This document shows, piece by piece, positions 8,648 through 19,609 of a stretch of DNA of 64,000 nt; within the stretch, counting starts at the first letter, position 1; each line of letters begins with the position of its first letter. The translations under genes and the position numbers were made by a program. The notes below the pieces were generated by a model, which did not search any database, was not told the origin of the DNA, and was given only the letters and a program-made list of their open reading frames with translations. Source of the stretch: Patescibacteria group bacterium (GTDB taxonomy: Bacteria; Patescibacteriota; Microgenomatia; UBA10105; UBA927). The DNA lies in the NCBI GenBank assembly GCA_049322955.1, contig JBMOPU010000033.1, positions 128,784-192,783 of the forward strand, given 5' to 3'.

Positions 8648-10750
8648 ATGGCAAATCCACAAACAACCGTAACAGAAAATCGCGACGTTCCTCTTGATAA
8701 GGTAAGAAACATCGGTATCATCGCGCACATTGACGCAGGAAAAACCACCACTACCGAGCGCATCCTTTTTTACACCGGACGAAGTTATAAGTTGGGCGAC
8801 ATTGACGAAGGCAACACTCAAATGGACTGGATGGAACAGGAACGGGAACGCGGCATTACCATCGTGTCCGCGGCGACCACCACCTTCTGGAAAGGCTTTC
8901 GTTTCAACATCATTGATACTCCCGGACACGTTGACTTTACCGCGGAAGTCGAGCGATCGCTTCGCGTGCTTGACGGCGGCATTACCGTCCTTGATGCGGA
9001 AGAAGGCGTACAATCACAGTCTGAAACCGTATGGCATCAGGCGGACAAATACAAGGTACCTCGTATCTGTTTTGTCAACAAAATGGATAAAATCGGAGCC
9101 GATTTCCGAAACACCATAAAACAGGTCGAAGAACGACTGGGTGCGCGTACCGCCGTTATGGTCGTTCCCATCGGACGCGAAAACACTTTCCGGGGAGCCG
9201 TTGATTTGTTGACCCGCGAAGCGCATGTGTGGAATACCGATGATTTGGGAGCAAACCCCGAGACAATCGAAATTCCCGAAGAGCTGAAAGCGGAAGTGGA
9301 AGAATCACGACATGCACTCATTGAACGCGTTGCGGAAACGGATGACGCATTGCTTGAGAAATATCTCGGCGGCGAAGACATCAGCGTCGAAGAGCTCAAG
9401 GCGGCGCTTCGTCGCGCCGTCATCGCCTACAAGCTTGTTCCGGTCTATTGCGGCACGAGTTTGAGAAACAAAGGGGTGCAACCGCTTCTTGATGCCGTCG
9501 TCGATTATCTTCCTTCGCCGCTTGATCTTCCCGAAGTGGAAGGAACCAACCCCAAGACGAACGAAAAGACGACAAGAAAACGCGTGAACGAAGAAAAGTT
9601 TGCCGGTTTGGCGTTTAAAATCCAGATTGATCCGCACGTCGGAAAACTTACCTACGTCCGTATTTATTCCGGAAAACTCGAATCGGGATCCTATGTCTAT
9701 AACTCCACCAAAGGAGCAAAGGAACGCGTCGGCCGGTTACTTCTCATGCATGCAAACCAACGGGAAGAAATCCGGGAAGCATATGCGGGAGAAATTGTCG
9801 GTGTCGTCGGCTTTAAAGATACGATTACCGGAGATACCATCTGTGATGATGCCAACCAGATCGTGTTAGAGCAGATTACCTTTCCGGAACCGGTTATTTC
9901 GTTGGCTATCGAGCCCAAGACCAAAAACGATCAGGAAAAGATGGGCTATGCCTTACAACGGTTAAGCGAAGAAGACCCGACATTTAAGATCAAATCCAAT
10001 CAGGAAACGAATCAGACCATTATCTGGGGTATGGGTGAGCTTCATCTCGAAATTCTCGTTGATCGCATGAAGCGGGAGTTTAAAGTCGAGGCAAATGTGG
10101 GCGCTCCTCAGGTTGCCTACAAGGAAACCATCAAGAAAATGGCTGAAGGAGAAGGAAAGTATATCCGACAAACCGGAGGTCGCGGTCAATACGGTCATGC
10201 AATGATCCGCATTGAGCCGAAAGCACGCGGCGAAGGATTTGAATTTATCGATGCTATCAAGGGAGGCGCGGTTCCCAACGAATTTATTCCTCCGATTGAA
10301 AAGGGTATTGTGGAAGCGATGGAAAACGGCGTGTTGGCGGGATATCCGCTGGTTGATATGTCCGCAACGCTGTATGACGGAAGTTATCATGATGTCGACT
10401 CTTCGGAAATGGCCTTTAAGATCGCGGGTTCCATGGCACTGCAGGATGCGGTAAAGCACGCGGATGCGACGATTCTCGAACCGATCATGAAGGTCGAGGT
10501 GACAACCCCCGACGAATACATGGGAGATTGTATCGGTGACCTTTCCGCGCGTCGTGCGCAGATCATGGGATCCGAACAGCGGGGAACCGTGACGGTGATT
10601 CTAGCCATGGTACCGCTTGCGGAATTGTCCGGATATGCCACGGTACTTCGTTCATTATCGAAAGGAAGAGCAACCTATTATATGGAGCCTTCCCACTATG
10701 AAGAGGTTCCGAAGAATATCCAGGAAAAGATTATTGCGAAGAACGTCTAA
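8648..10750 (+). CDS. fusA: Elongation factor G
   Basis: [35 protein letters not shown], 700 aa. Confidence 0.99.
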   Translation: MANPQTTVTENRDVPLDKVRNIGIIAHIDAGKTTTTERILFYTGRSYKLGDIDEGNTQMDWMEQERERGITIVSAATTTFWKGFRFNIIDTPGHVDFTAEVERSLRVLDGGITVLDAEEGVQSQSETVWHQADKYKVPRICFVNKMDKIGADFRNTIKQVEERLGARTAVMVVPIGRENTFRGAVDLLTREAHVWNTDDLGANPETIEIPEELKAEVEESRHALIERVAETDDALLEKYLGGEDISVEELKAALRRAVIAYKLVPVYCGTSLRNKGVQPLLDAVVDYLPSPLDLPEVEGTNPKTNEKTTRKRVNEEKFAGLAFKIQIDPHVGKLTYVRIYSGKLESGSYVYNSTKGAKERVGRLLLMHANQREEIREAYAGEIVGVVGFKDTITGDTICDDANQIVLEQITFPEPVISLAIEPKTKNDQEKMGYALQRLSEEDPTFKIKSNQETNQTIIWGMGELHLEILVDRMKREFKVEANVGAPQVAYKETIKKMAEGEGKYIRQTGGRGQYGHAMIRIEPKARGEGFEFIDAIKGGAVPNEFIPPIEKGIVEAMENGVLAGYPLVDMSATLYDGSYHDVDSSEMAFKIAGSMALQDAVKHADATILEPIMKVEVTTPDEYMGDCIGDLSARRAQIMGSEQRGTVTVILAMVPLAELSGYATVLRSLSKGRATYYMEPSHYEEVPKNIQEKIIAKNV

Positions 10751-10839
10751 GATGTGTTAAAATGTCGCAAGCGACTTAATTTTTTACGGTCGAGTATTTA
10801 TTTTTTATAAACATTATTGAGATCTTTTAAGGAGGGAAT

Positions 10840-12027
10840 ATGGCAGATGCAGCCAAATTTGTTCGAAATAAGCCACATTTGAATATCGGAACCATCGGTC
10901 ACGTTGACCATGGAAAAACAACCCTTACCTCCGCAATCACGCACGTCCTTGCCAAAAAAGGCATGGCGAAAGCGATGAAATATGAGGAAATCGATAATGC
11001 ACCGGAAGAAAAGGCACGCGGAGTCACCATTAACATCCACCACTCCGAATACGAAACCGACAAACGGCACTATGCCCACATTGACGCCCCGGGACATGCT
11101 GATTATGTCAAGAACATGATCACCGGAGCCGCCCAAATGGACGGAGCCATCCTGGTGGTATCCGCTCCGGACGGTCCGATGCCGCAAACCCGCGAGCACA
11201 TTCTGCTTGCAAACCAAGTGAACGTTCCGGCCATCATCGTCTTCATGAACAAATGCGACATGGTGCAGGACAAAGAGCTTTTGGATCTTGTGGAGATGGA
11301 AGTCCGTGAACTTCTCACCAAATACAAGTATCCCGGAGACAAAATCCCGGTTATCCGCGGCTCAGCGCTCAAAGCATTGCAGGGCGATGCCGATGCGGAA
11401 AAAGCAATTGAAGAGCTCATGAAGACCGTCGATGAATACATCCCGGATCCCGTTCGTGAACTCGAAAAACCGTTCCTTATGCCGGTAGAGGACGTCTTCT
11501 CTATCAAAGGCCGAGGAACCGTCGTAACCGGAAGAGTTACCCGAGGAAAAGTGAAAGTCGGCGACACGATTGAAATCGTCGGTATCAAACCGTCACAGTC
11601 AACCGTGGTTACCGGAGTCGAAATGTTTAGGAAATCACTCGACGAAGGACTTGCCGGCGATAACATCGGCGTATTACTCCGCGGCGTTGAAAAAGAACAG
11701 GTAGAACGAGGCCAGGTGCTTTCAGCGGCCGGCTCCGTGAAACCGCACACCGAATTTGAAGCGGAAGTGTACGTGTTGACCAAAGAAGAAGGCGGACGAC
11801 ACACACCGTTCTTCACGGGATACCGACCGCAGTTCTATATCCAGACGACCGACGTAACCGGAGAAGTTGCCCTTCCCCAGGGAGTCGAAATGGTTATGCC
11901 TGGAGATAGTACCAAGATGAATGTCAAACTTATCGTACCCGTTGCCCTTGAAGAAGGACTTCGGTTCGCTATCCGCGAGGGTGGTCATACGGTAGGAGCG
12001 GGAGTTGTTACAAAGATTATCGCTTAA
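10840..12027 (+). CDS. tuf: Elongation factor Tu
   Basis: [32 protein letters not shown]; SD AAGGAGG upstream. Confidence 0.99.
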   Translation: MADAAKFVRNKPHLNIGTIGHVDHGKTTLTSAITHVLAKKGMAKAMKYEEIDNAPEEKARGVTINIHHSEYETDKRHYAHIDAPGHADYVKNMITGAAQMDGAILVVSAPDGPMPQTREHILLANQVNVPAIIVFMNKCDMVQDKELLDLVEMEVRELLTKYKYPGDKIPVIRGSALKALQGDADAEKAIEELMKTVDEYIPDPVRELEKPFLMPVEDVFSIKGRGTVVTGRVTRGKVKVGDTIEIVGIKPSQSTVVTGVEMFRKSLDEGLAGDNIGVLLRGVEKEQVERGQVLSAAGSVKPHTEFEAEVYVLTKEEGGRHTPFFTGYRPQFYIQTTDVTGEVALPQGVEMVMPGDSTKMNVKLIVPVALEEGLRFAIREGGHTVGAGVVTKIIA

Positions 12028-12069
12028 GTTTCTTAAGGAATTAAGGCTCATTAAGCACATTAACACACA

Positions 12070-12378
12070 ATGCCAAAAGGTCGTATTCGTGTCAGATTAA
12101 AAGCATATGACAGCAGGATCGTTGATGACTGCTGTCAGAAGATACTCGATACCGCTGTAAGAACGGGTGCTCGGGTTGTGGGACCGGTTCCCCTTCCTAC
12201 CGACAAAACCCATTTTAACGTGGCGCGAGCGACATTTATCGACCGGAACAGCCGTGAGGACTTTATGATTAAAGTCCATAAGCGACTTATTGACATTGTG
12301 GAACCTACCGACAAGACCATTGATCAACTCATGCACTTGGATCTTCCGGCAGGAGTGGATATCGAGATTAAAATGTAA
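12070..12378 (+). CDS. rpsJ: 30S ribosomal protein S10
   Basis: IRVRLKAYD, GPVPLPT, HKRLIDI, LPAGVDIEIK. Confidence 0.98.
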   Translation: MPKGRIRVRLKAYDSRIVDDCCQKILDTAVRTGARVVGPVPLPTDKTHFNVARATFIDRNSREDFMIKVHKRLIDIVEPTDKTIDQLMHLDLPAGVDIEIKM

Positions 12379-12379
12379 T

Positions 12380-12408
12380 TTGAGTTTGCTGAGATACTCT
12401 GGTATACT
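12380..12408 (+). promoter_or_regulatory. Internal promoter between rpsJ and rplC
   Basis: TTGAGT-17 nt-TATACT with extended TG. Confidence 0.65.
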
Positions 12409-12488
12409 AAGCATCTTGATATGACGCGACAAAGCGAAATATCGGAAGTGACCAAAAGTCTCGGATGAGCGTAATCCGCAAAGGGCGG

Positions 12489-12517
12489 AAAACGACCTCA
12501 ACCGAGGTCGTTTTTTT
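12489..12517 (+). terminator. Terminator-like hairpin in rplC leader
   Basis: AAAACGACCTC-AACC-GAGGTCGTTTTTTT, 13 nt before rplC ATG. Confidence 0.7.
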
Positions 12518-12530
12518 GTGGAATATTTAT

Positions 12531-13169
12531 ATGATAACTGCTTTACTCGGTAAAAAACTTGGACAATCGCAAGCCTTCGATGAGAACGGCAAGCGTATGC
12601 CGGTCACAAAAATTTTGGCGGGACCGAACTGGATTACCGAGGTTGAAGATAAGGAAAGCTTCAAAAGCGTTCAGCTCGGATTCGGTACCATCAAAAATCT
12701 CAGCAAGGCGGAAGCAGGACACTTAAAAAAGGCGGGGCTCGAAGACAAAAAGCTCCGCTTTTTACGTAGTTTTACGGTAGCGGAAATTGCCGAGACCGAA
12801 AAACCCGGTGCACAGGTGGCTGTTGACGCAATTTTTTCCGTCGGCGACATCATCCGCGTAACGGGGACGAGCAAGGGAAAAGGATTTGCCGGAGTGGTAA
12901 AGCGCCACAATTTTCGCGGCGGACCGCGCAGTCACGGTCAATCTGATCGAGAACGCGCACCCGGTTCCATCGGACAGACAACGACTCCGGGACGCGTGTA
13001 TAAAGGAAAGCGCATGGCGGGAAGAATGGGAAGCGATACCGTCACAATGAGAAATTTGAAAGTGGTCGCCGTTGATCCCGCAAGTCAGATTATCACGGTC
13101 AAAGGGCTGGTTCCCGGTTCGGTGAGCGGACTTGTCATCATCGCAAAAGAACCCGGTAAAAACAAATAA
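12531..13169 (+). CDS. rplC: 50S ribosomal protein L3
   Basis: LLGKKLG, GTSKGKGFAGVVKRHNF, PGRVYKGKRMAG; start reassigned to ATG 12531. Confidence 0.97.
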   Translation: MITALLGKKLGQSQAFDENGKRMPVTKILAGPNWITEVEDKESFKSVQLGFGTIKNLSKAEAGHLKKAGLEDKKLRFLRSFTVAEIAETEKPGAQVAVDAIFSVGDIIRVTGTSKGKGFAGVVKRHNFRGGPRSHGQSDRERAPGSIGQTTTPGRVYKGKRMAGRMGSDTVTMRNLKVVAVDPASQIITVKGLVPGSVSGLVIIAKEPGKNK

Positions 13170-13171
13170 CT

Positions 13172-13876
13172 ATGGCAACGAAAACGACAAAATCAGTACG
13201 TAAAACGGTTCCTGCGGTAAAGAAAGAAGCAAAGCAGGAAGTCAAAAAAGACTCGGGTCTTTCCGTTTCCGTTGTGGATGCTTCTGGTCGCGCAAACGGC
13301 ACGGTTTCCCTTGCTCCCGAATTATTCGGCGCAAAAGTGAACAAAGAATTATTGGCGCAATCCGTCCGTGTGTATCTGGCCAACCAACGTGAAGGGGGAG
13401 CACGAAGCAAAACCCGCGGTATGGTGGAAGGATCGTCACGGAAGATTTATCGACAAAAGGGTACCGGAAAAGCACGACACGGCTCAATTCGGGCACATAT
13501 TTTCGTCGGCGGAGGGGTAGTATTTGGGCCCGTCGGTCGGGATTATCACCTTACGATGACCAAACAGATGAAACGCGGTGCATTGGTGTCCGCATTAAGT
13601 GCGAAGAAAGATGATGTTATCGTCGTTGACGGTTTGGAAGCCGTCGAAGCAAAAACGAAACAGATTGCCAAGGCGCTGACGCTCGTCGGGGCGACGGACA
13701 AAGTGTTATTGGTGCTTCCGACGGGAGCGACCGGACTTTCCCGCGCCGCGCGAAACATCGCGTCCGTGAATTTGATCGGTGCGAAGGAACTGCATCCGTA
13801 TGCACTCGTGACCCACAAAAAGATAGTTTTTACAAAGAAATCTCTGGAAGAAAGCAAAGCGCATTTTACGAAGTAA
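13172..13876 (+). CDS. rplD: 50S ribosomal protein L4
   Basis: KIYRQKGTGKARHGS, GGGVVFGP; Lys-rich N-terminal extension. Confidence 0.97.
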   Translation: MATKTTKSVRKTVPAVKKEAKQEVKKDSGLSVSVVDASGRANGTVSLAPELFGAKVNKELLAQSVRVYLANQREGGARSKTRGMVEGSSRKIYRQKGTGKARHGSIRAHIFVGGGVVFGPVGRDYHLTMTKQMKRGALVSALSAKKDDVIVVDGLEAVEAKTKQIAKALTLVGATDKVLLVLPTGATGLSRAARNIASVNLIGAKELHPYALVTHKKIVFTKKSLEESKAHFTK

Positions 13877-13877
13877 T

Positions 13878-14174
13878 ATGAAACTTATCCGACCTATTAT
13901 TACCGAAAAGTCCATGACGCTTGCCCAAAAGGGATGGTATTCTTTTATGTTGCCTGCAGGCAGTAGAAAAGAAGGGATAGCACGGGAAATCAACGATTTG
14001 TATAATGTCACGGTTCGGGAAATCCGCACGATTCGACGAAAAGGTAAGATGCAACGGACAGGAAGAAAGGCGGTACCAAAACAACGACCGGACTGGAAGA
14101 AAGCGATGGTGCGTTTGGCAAAAGGACAAAAAATAGCGATATTTGATATCGGAGATCAGTCAAAACAGGCATAA
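13878..14174 (+). CDS. rplW: 50S ribosomal protein L23
   Basis: RPIITEKS, WKKAMVRL. Confidence 0.95.
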   Translation: MKLIRPIITEKSMTLAQKGWYSFMLPAGSRKEGIAREINDLYNVTVREIRTIRRKGKMQRTGRKAVPKQRPDWKKAMVRLAKGQKIAIFDIGDQSKQA

Positions 14175-14178
14175 TAGT

Positions 14179-14934
14179 ATGAGCAAAATAATCGTACGAT
14201 CATTGGTCACCATTCTCCCGAAAAAATCCGGGAGGGATATGTTTGGGCATGTTTCCGTACGCCATCAGGGCGGTCGGGAGAAGCGCTATTATCGGACTAT
14301 CGATTGGAAGCGGGACAAAGATAACGTACCCGCCAAAGTGCTCGACATCAGCTATGATCCGAACCGTTCTGCCGATGTTGCTCTTTTGGGCTACCAAGAC
14401 GGGGATAAACGGTATATACTAGCCCCTCTGGGTCTTAAGGTGAATGATATCGTGTTGACGGGAAGTAACATTGATGCCAAAGTCGGTAATTGTATGCCGC
14501 TTGGGAGTATGCCCGTCGGCACCATGGTGCACAATTTGGAAATCAAACCGGGAAGAGGTGCTCAAATGGTACGATCCGCGGGAAACGTGGCTACGGTTCT
14601 TGCCCGTGACGGCGCATTGGTGCAGGTGAAACTCCCCAGCGGAGAAACCCGCGTCTTTGATGCCGCGGCCAAGGCAACCGTCGGACAAGTCGGTAACATC
14701 GAATGGAAAAATCGCGTTATCGGAAAAGCGGGAAGAGCTCGACACATGGGAAAGAGACCGGAAGTTCGAGGAGTCGCCATGAATCCTCGGAGTCATCCGC
14801 ACGGAGGAGGAGAAGGACGAAGCGGCATCGGTCTTAAGTCACCCAAGAGTCCATGGGGAAAGAGAACCCTTGGAAAGCGAACGAGAAAATTACGCAAATA
14901 TAGTGACCGCTTTATTGTCGGTCGGAGGAAATAA
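14179..14934 (+). CDS. rplB: 50S ribosomal protein L2 (short N-terminus)
   Basis: [25 protein letters not shown]; first ATG after rplW stop is 14179. Confidence 0.96.
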   Translation: MSKIIVRSLVTILPKKSGRDMFGHVSVRHQGGREKRYYRTIDWKRDKDNVPAKVLDISYDPNRSADVALLGYQDGDKRYILAPLGLKVNDIVLTGSNIDAKVGNCMPLGSMPVGTMVHNLEIKPGRGAQMVRSAGNVATVLARDGALVQVKLPSGETRVFDAAAKATVGQVGNIEWKNRVIGKAGRARHMGKRPEVRGVAMNPRSHPHGGGEGRSGIGLKSPKSPWGKRTLGKRTRKLRKYSDRFIVGRRK

Positions 14935-14936
14935 CT

Positions 14937-15221
14937 ATGGCACGAAGTAGCAAAAAAGGACCGTATATTGATCCGCGAGTGCTTGCAAAAATTAACAAGC
15001 AAAAAGCGGGAGGAGATCGTGCACCGATTAAAACATGGGCGCGGGCAAGTCAGATATCTCCCGAATTTGTGGGAGTGACGTTTGCCGTCCACAACGGTCG
15101 CGTATTTACCGAAGTATTCGTTACTGAAGCGATGGTAGGACATCGGTTGGGTGAATTTGCCCCGACTCGAACGTTCCGAGGACACGGACAAGTGACGAAG
15201 CGCGTATTGGATAAGACTTAA
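14937..15221 (+). CDS. rpsS: 30S ribosomal protein S19
   Basis: [25 protein letters not shown]. Confidence 0.98.
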   Translation: MARSSKKGPYIDPRVLAKINKQKAGGDRAPIKTWARASQISPEFVGVTFAVHNGRVFTEVFVTEAMVGHRLGEFAPTRTFRGHGQVTKRVLDKT

Positions 15222-15297
15222 TGCTATGTTCGTAACACACGTTACTTCGTCACAAAAAAACGAAGAAGCGATGGAACGAAAAACGAAATAACGAATT

Positions 15298-15642
15298 ATG
15301 GAATACACAGCAACAGCCAAATATATTCGAACGAGTCCGCGCAAATTGCGGTTGGTTGCCCGTGCGATTTCAGGGAAGAAAGTATCCGTAGCATTACAGG
15401 CATTAAGTGCGATGACAAAACATGCATCGGAGCCGATGACGAAAGTAGTCGCTTCCGCGGTGGCAAATGCCGTACAAAAGAAAGCGGCGGCGGAAAATCT
15501 TATGATTGCGACCGTTGACGTTATGGGCGCGCCGGCGCTCAAAAGATGGCATGCCGTCAGTAAAGGAAGCGCGCACGCGTTCAAAAAAAGAATGACACAT
15601 GTCAAAGTTGTACTCAAGGAAGTGGAGAAGAAAGGTAACTAA
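15298..15642 (+). CDS. rplV: 50S ribosomal protein L22
   Basis: AKYIRTSPRKLRLVA, SAVANA; position in S10 operon. Confidence 0.95.
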   Translation: MEYTATAKYIRTSPRKLRLVARAISGKKVSVALQALSAMTKHASEPMTKVVASAVANAVQKKAAAENLMIATVDVMGAPALKRWHAVSKGSAHAFKKRMTHVKVVLKEVEKKGN

Positions 15643-15644
15643 TT

Positions 15645-16325
15645 ATGGGACAAAAAATTCATCCGTACGGATTTCGCTTAGGGCCCTTATATACATGGGT
15701 GTCCCGATGGTTTGCCGATGATGCGCATTATGCTGATTTACTGCTTCAGGATGTATTACTCCGCGAAGCATTGGCGAAGCGCTTAAAACCAGCGGGTCTT
15801 GCGCAAATCGAACTTGAACGATCAATCAACAAGTTGCGGGTCATTTTGCATGTTTCACGACCGGGATTGGTTATCGGCCGGGGAGGCACCGGACTTGAAG
15901 AAGTCAAAAAATTCATTGAAGCGGAAGTCATAAAAATTGCCCGGACCAGAAAACTCGGCAAGGCGGCTTTCGATAAAACAAAAACGAAGATTGAAGTAGT
16001 GGTGGAACCGGTCAAAGAACCGAATTTGAGTGCACATATTGTTGCCGTCAACATTGCCGATCAGCTGATTAAGCGGATGCCCCACAAACGCATCTGTATG
16101 CAAACGCTTGACCGTGTGATGACGAGTGGCGCTCGAGGAGTCAAAATCAAATTGGCAGGACGTATTGCAGGAGCTGAAATCTCACGTCGTGAGACCTACA
16201 AAACCGGGACGATTCCGCTCTCGACCCTCCGGGAAGAAGTGGATTATGCCGAGGTACCTGCACTGACGAAATCGGGATATGTCGGAGTGAAAGTCTGGAT
16301 TTGCAAAAAGAACAAATCGTTATAA
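15645..16325 (+). CDS. rpsC: 30S ribosomal protein S3
   Basis: MGQKIHPYGFRLG, RPGLVIGRGG, GVKVWI. Confidence 0.98.
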   Translation: MGQKIHPYGFRLGPLYTWVSRWFADDAHYADLLLQDVLLREALAKRLKPAGLAQIELERSINKLRVILHVSRPGLVIGRGGTGLEEVKKFIEAEVIKIARTRKLGKAAFDKTKTKIEVVVEPVKEPNLSAHIVAVNIADQLIKRMPHKRICMQTLDRVMTSGARGVKIKLAGRIAGAEISRRETYKTGTIPLSTLREEVDYAEVPALTKSGYVGVKVWICKKNKSL

Positions 16326-16331
16326 ACCTAT

Positions 16332-16748
16332 ATGTTAGCACCAAAACGAGCAAAACATCGAAAAGTATTCAGAGGCAAACGCCGAGGATTGGCGTTTCGG
16401 GGCTCGGTGCTTTCCTTCGGTGAATACGGTCTGAAGGCAATGGAATCCGGTTGGGTTTCAAGTCGGCAAATCGAAGCATCACGACGGGCACTCACGCACC
16501 ATATCCGCCGGGGCGGTCGTGTTTGGATCAGAATATTCCCTGACAAACCGATTACCAAGAAACCGCCGGAGACCCGTATGGGAAGCGGTAAGGGAGATGT
16601 TGCGGAATATGTGTGTGTCGTTAAACCGGGAAGAGTCTTGTTTGAAATGTCGGGAGTTGACGCAACACTTGCCGCGGAAGCCATGCGGCTTGCCGGTATC
16701 AAATTGCCGATCAAATCAAAGTTCATTATGAAGGAGAAGACGGTATGA
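16332..16748 (+). CDS. rplP: 50S ribosomal protein L16
   Basis: [23 protein letters not shown]. Confidence 0.98.
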   Translation: MLAPKRAKHRKVFRGKRRGLAFRGSVLSFGEYGLKAMESGWVSSRQIEASRRALTHHIRRGGRVWIRIFPDKPITKKPPETRMGSGKGDVAEYVCVVKPGRVLFEMSGVDATLAAEAMRLAGIKLPIKSKFIMKEKTV

Positions 16749-16954
16749 AAAAACGGGATCGCGATGAGATGCATGGCATGAAGCCTGAGGAATTGGTAAA
16801 AAAAGCGATCGAGCTCAAAAAGCAGATTGCCTCAGAGCGCCTTGCGATGCAGACAAAAGAGGTGAAAAATAGGAGAGCGGCCAAGGAATTACGGAAAAAA
16901 CGGGCGGTCGCATTAACGATAGCTCGCCAGAAAATGCTCGCGCAAGGAAAGTAG
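16745..16954 (+). CDS. rpmC: 50S ribosomal protein L29
   Basis: Size, basic helical character, position between rplP and rpsQ. Confidence 0.85.
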   Translation: MKKRDRDEMHGMKPEELVKKAIELKKQIASERLAMQTKEVKNRRAAKELRKKRAVALTIARQKMLAQGK

Positions 16955-16959
16955 GTATT

Positions 16960-17202
16960 ATGAAAAAACGAAAAGAATTTATCGGTACCGTGATATCAAC
17001 CAAAATGAAAAATACGATTGTCGTGGAAGTCGAGCGCATGACGCGTCATCCGCTTTACCGAAAGACAATGAAAAGCACCAAACACTTTGTCGCTCACATT
17101 GAAAATGCGGTCGTCGAAGTCGGTGACTATGTGAAGATTGCGGAAACAAAACCGATCAGTAAAACAAAACATTTTCTTTTTATTGAAAAAGTATCGAAAT
17201 AA
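16960..17202 (+). CDS. rpsQ: 30S ribosomal protein S17
   Basis: KMKNTIVV, HPLYRK, ETKPISKTK. Confidence 0.97.
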   Translation: MKKRKEFIGTVISTKMKNTIVVEVERMTRHPLYRKTMKSTKHFVAHIENAVVEVGDYVKIAETKPISKTKHFLFIEKVSK

Positions 17203-17211
17203 TATTTACCT

Positions 17212-17580
17212 ATGATTCAACGACGTACCAATTTGACCGTAGCCGACAATTCTGGAGTACAGAAGATGGTGGTTATCCACATATACGGCGCCGGGCAAAA
17301 AACAACGGCGACATTGGGCGATGTGGTGCAATGTGTCGTAAAACAGGCTGATCCGTTGGGAATTGTCAAAGATGACGAATTGGTGCATGTGGTGATCGTC
17401 CGTGTGCGGAAAGAATACCATCGTGCGGACGGTTCATATATTCGATTTGACGATAATGCGGGTGTGGTTATCGATGATGCGGAGAATCCGAGAGGAACCC
17501 GTGTGTTCGGACCGATCGCACGCGAGGTGAAGGAAAAAGGATTTGATAAAATTGCCAGTTTGGCGGTAGAGGTTTATTAA
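17212..17580 (+). CDS. rplN: 50S ribosomal protein L14
   Basis: VADNSG, IRFDDNA, GTRVFGPIARE. Confidence 0.98.
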   Translation: MIQRRTNLTVADNSGVQKMVVIHIYGAGQKTTATLGDVVQCVVKQADPLGIVKDDELVHVVIVRVRKEYHRADGSYIRFDDNAGVVIDDAENPRGTRVFGPIAREVKEKGFDKIASLAVEVY

Positions 17581-17581
17581 T

Positions 17582-17887
17582 ATGAAATACAAAAAAGGCG
17601 ATACCATTGTCGTGACGGTCGGGCGTGATAAGGGGCACAAAGGAAAAATTGATAAGGTGCTTCCCGCGGAATCGAAAGTCGTCGTTTCGGGAGTCAACAT
17701 GTCCAAAAGACACATGAAACGAAGAGATGAAAAGAATCCCGGAGGGATTATTGATATCGTCAAACCTATTGATGTTGCAAAAGTGGCGATCGTCTGTCCT
17801 TCATGCAACAAGCCGACACGGGTAGGCTACATTGTAGCCAAAAATGAAAAGGTCCGGGTATGCAGAAAGTGCGGAAAGAAAATATAA
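17582..17887 (+). CDS. rplX: 50S ribosomal protein L24
   Basis: KKGDTIVVTVGRDKG KOW motif; CPSC/CRKC Zn sites. Confidence 0.96.
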   Translation: MKYKKGDTIVVTVGRDKGHKGKIDKVLPAESKVVVSGVNMSKRHMKRRDEKNPGGIIDIVKPIDVAKVAIVCPSCNKPTRVGYIVAKNEKVRVCRKCGKKI

Positions 17888-17889
17888 TT

Positions 17890-18438
17890 ATGAACACGCT
17901 TATTGAAACATACAAAAAGGAAATCGTACCCCAGCTCATGACCGAGCTTGGTATCACCAACAAAATGGCGGTGCCGAAGCTCGTCAAGATTGTGGTTAAC
18001 TGCGGTATCGGAGCAGAAGCACAGAAAGACAAGAAGATTATCGAGAAGGTAACGGAACAGCTCGGTATCATTACCGGACAAAAGCCGCATATCACTCGTG
18101 CCAAACAGGCAATTTCATCCTTTAAGCTCCGCGCAGGTGATCCTGTCGGATTACGGGTAACGTTGCGCGGTATGCGTATGTATGATTTCATTTTGCGTCT
18201 TACCGTTGTTGCACTTCCCCGTGTCCGTGATTTCCGGGGAATTCCCAACAAGGGATTTGACGGCAGAGGAAATTATACGTTGGGACTTTCCGAGCAAACA
18301 CTGTTTCCCGAACTTGATTACGGACTGATCGATCGGGTGCGCGGTTTCGAAATTACATTTGTTACAAACGCAAAAAATGATAAAGGGGGAAAGACACTCC
18401 TTAAGGCATTAGGCATGCCGTTTGCAAAGGAGAAATAA
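17890..18438 (+). CDS. rplE: 50S ribosomal protein L5
   Basis: VPKLVKIVVN, ITGQKP, ALPRVRDFRG, FDGRGNY; start at ATG 17890. Confidence 0.98.
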   Translation: MNTLIETYKKEIVPQLMTELGITNKMAVPKLVKIVVNCGIGAEAQKDKKIIEKVTEQLGIITGQKPHITRAKQAISSFKLRAGDPVGLRVTLRGMRMYDFILRLTVVALPRVRDFRGIPNKGFDGRGNYTLGLSEQTLFPELDYGLIDRVRGFEITFVTNAKNDKGGKTLLKALGMPFAKEK

Positions 18439-18441
18439 TAT

Positions 18442-18627
18442 ATGGCAAAAACATCAGATGTCGTCAAATTTGAACATAAGCAGAAATTTAGTGTCCGGCA
18501 CCGAAACCGCTGTGTCCTTTGCGGCAGGTCACGTGCATATATGCGCAAGTTTAAATTGTGCCGCATCTGTTTCCGGAAACTCGCACACAAAGGCGAATTG
18601 CCGGGAGTAGTGAAGGCGTCTTGGTAA
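18442..18627 (+). CDS. rpsN: 30S ribosomal protein S14 type Z (Zn-binding)
   Basis: [23 protein letters not shown]. Confidence 0.98.
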   Translation: MAKTSDVVKFEHKQKFSVRHRNRCVLCGRSRAYMRKFKLCRICFRKLAHKGELPGVVKASW

Positions 18628-18639
18628 AGGAGTAATTTT

Positions 18640-19035
18640 ATGATGATAAGCGACCCAGTCGGAGACATGTTGACCCGCATCAGAAATGCGGCTCTTGCCC
18701 ACAAGAAAAATGTGGAGCTTCCTTCGAGCAAGCTCAAGGTTGCCGTGGCAAAATTGCTGGTAAAAGAAGGATATCTTAGCTCGGCCGAGGAAGAAGTGAA
18801 CGAACACGGTCACGTGTTAAAGCTTGCGCTTACCTACGAAGGTAAGGAGCCGTTGCTTACGGGTATCAAACGGATAAGTAAGCCGGGTCTTCGCTGGTAC
18901 ATCAACAAGAAAAAGATCCCTATGGTTATGGGGGGTGCTGGTATTGCCATCTTATCGACGCCGCAGGGGATCATGAGCGGCAAAGATGCCAAGACCAAAG
19001 GAGTCGGCGGAGAATTATTGTGTGAAGTTTGGTAA
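18640..19035 (+). CDS. rpsH: 30S ribosomal protein S8
   Basis: DPVGDMLTRIRNA, RISKPGLR, GGELLCEVW. Confidence 0.98.
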   Translation: MMISDPVGDMLTRIRNAALAHKKNVELPSSKLKVAVAKLLVKEGYLSSAEEEVNEHGHVLKLALTYEGKEPLLTGIKRISKPGLRWYINKKKIPMVMGGAGIAILSTPQGIMSGKDAKTKGVGGELLCEVW

Positions 19036-19045
19036 GGAGCTACGT

Positions 19046-19606
19046 ATGTCACGAATAGGAAATTTACCGGTTGCAGTACCAAAAGATGTTACCATCATCA
19101 TGGCAAGTGACGCCGTAACGGTCAAAGGACCAAAAGGCGAGCTTATCGTGCCTGTCCAGAGCGGCATCGCCGTTTCCCAGGAGGGAGAAAATCTTATTGC
19201 CAAAAAGACCCGGAATGACAAAAGTACCCGGGCCGCGCACGGCACTGTCGTTGCGTTACTCAAAAACGCCATTATCGGGGTGACCAAAGGGTGGACAAAA
19301 CAGCTGGAGTTAACCGGTGTCGGATATCGATCGGCGTTAAGCGGAGCGAACCTGACGTTGAATGTCGGATTCTCCCATCCGGTGACGGTTGCTCCTCCAA
19401 GCGGCATTACCTTTGCCGTCACGGACGGAAAGATCGTGGTAAGCGGTATTGATAAATATCTGGTGGGACAAACGGCCGCAACCATTCGCGGTGTCAAACC
19501 GCCTGAGCCGTACAAAGGCAAAGGCATCAAATATACCGGTGAACATATCCGTAAAAAGGCTGGTAAATCTGCAAAAGCAGTAGGAGGGGCTCCGGGAGCC
19601 AAATAA
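19046..19606 (+). CDS. rplF: 50S ribosomal protein L6
   Basis: MSRIG, VKGPKG, GVGYR, PPEPYKGKGI; start at ATG 19046. Confidence 0.98.
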   Translation: MSRIGNLPVAVPKDVTIIMASDAVTVKGPKGELIVPVQSGIAVSQEGENLIAKKTRNDKSTRAAHGTVVALLKNAIIGVTKGWTKQLELTGVGYRSALSGANLTLNVGFSHPVTVAPPSGITFAVTDGKIVVSGIDKYLVGQTAATIRGVKPPEPYKGKGIKYTGEHIRKKAGKSAKAVGGAPGAK

Positions 19607-19609
19607 TCT

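Noticed and set aside
8297-9013. 238-aa minus-strand ORF (and similar ORFs at 11103-11816, 14793-15617, 19015-19854, 52892-53740)
   Set aside because: Antisense shadows of conserved genes (fusA, tuf, r-proteins, secD).
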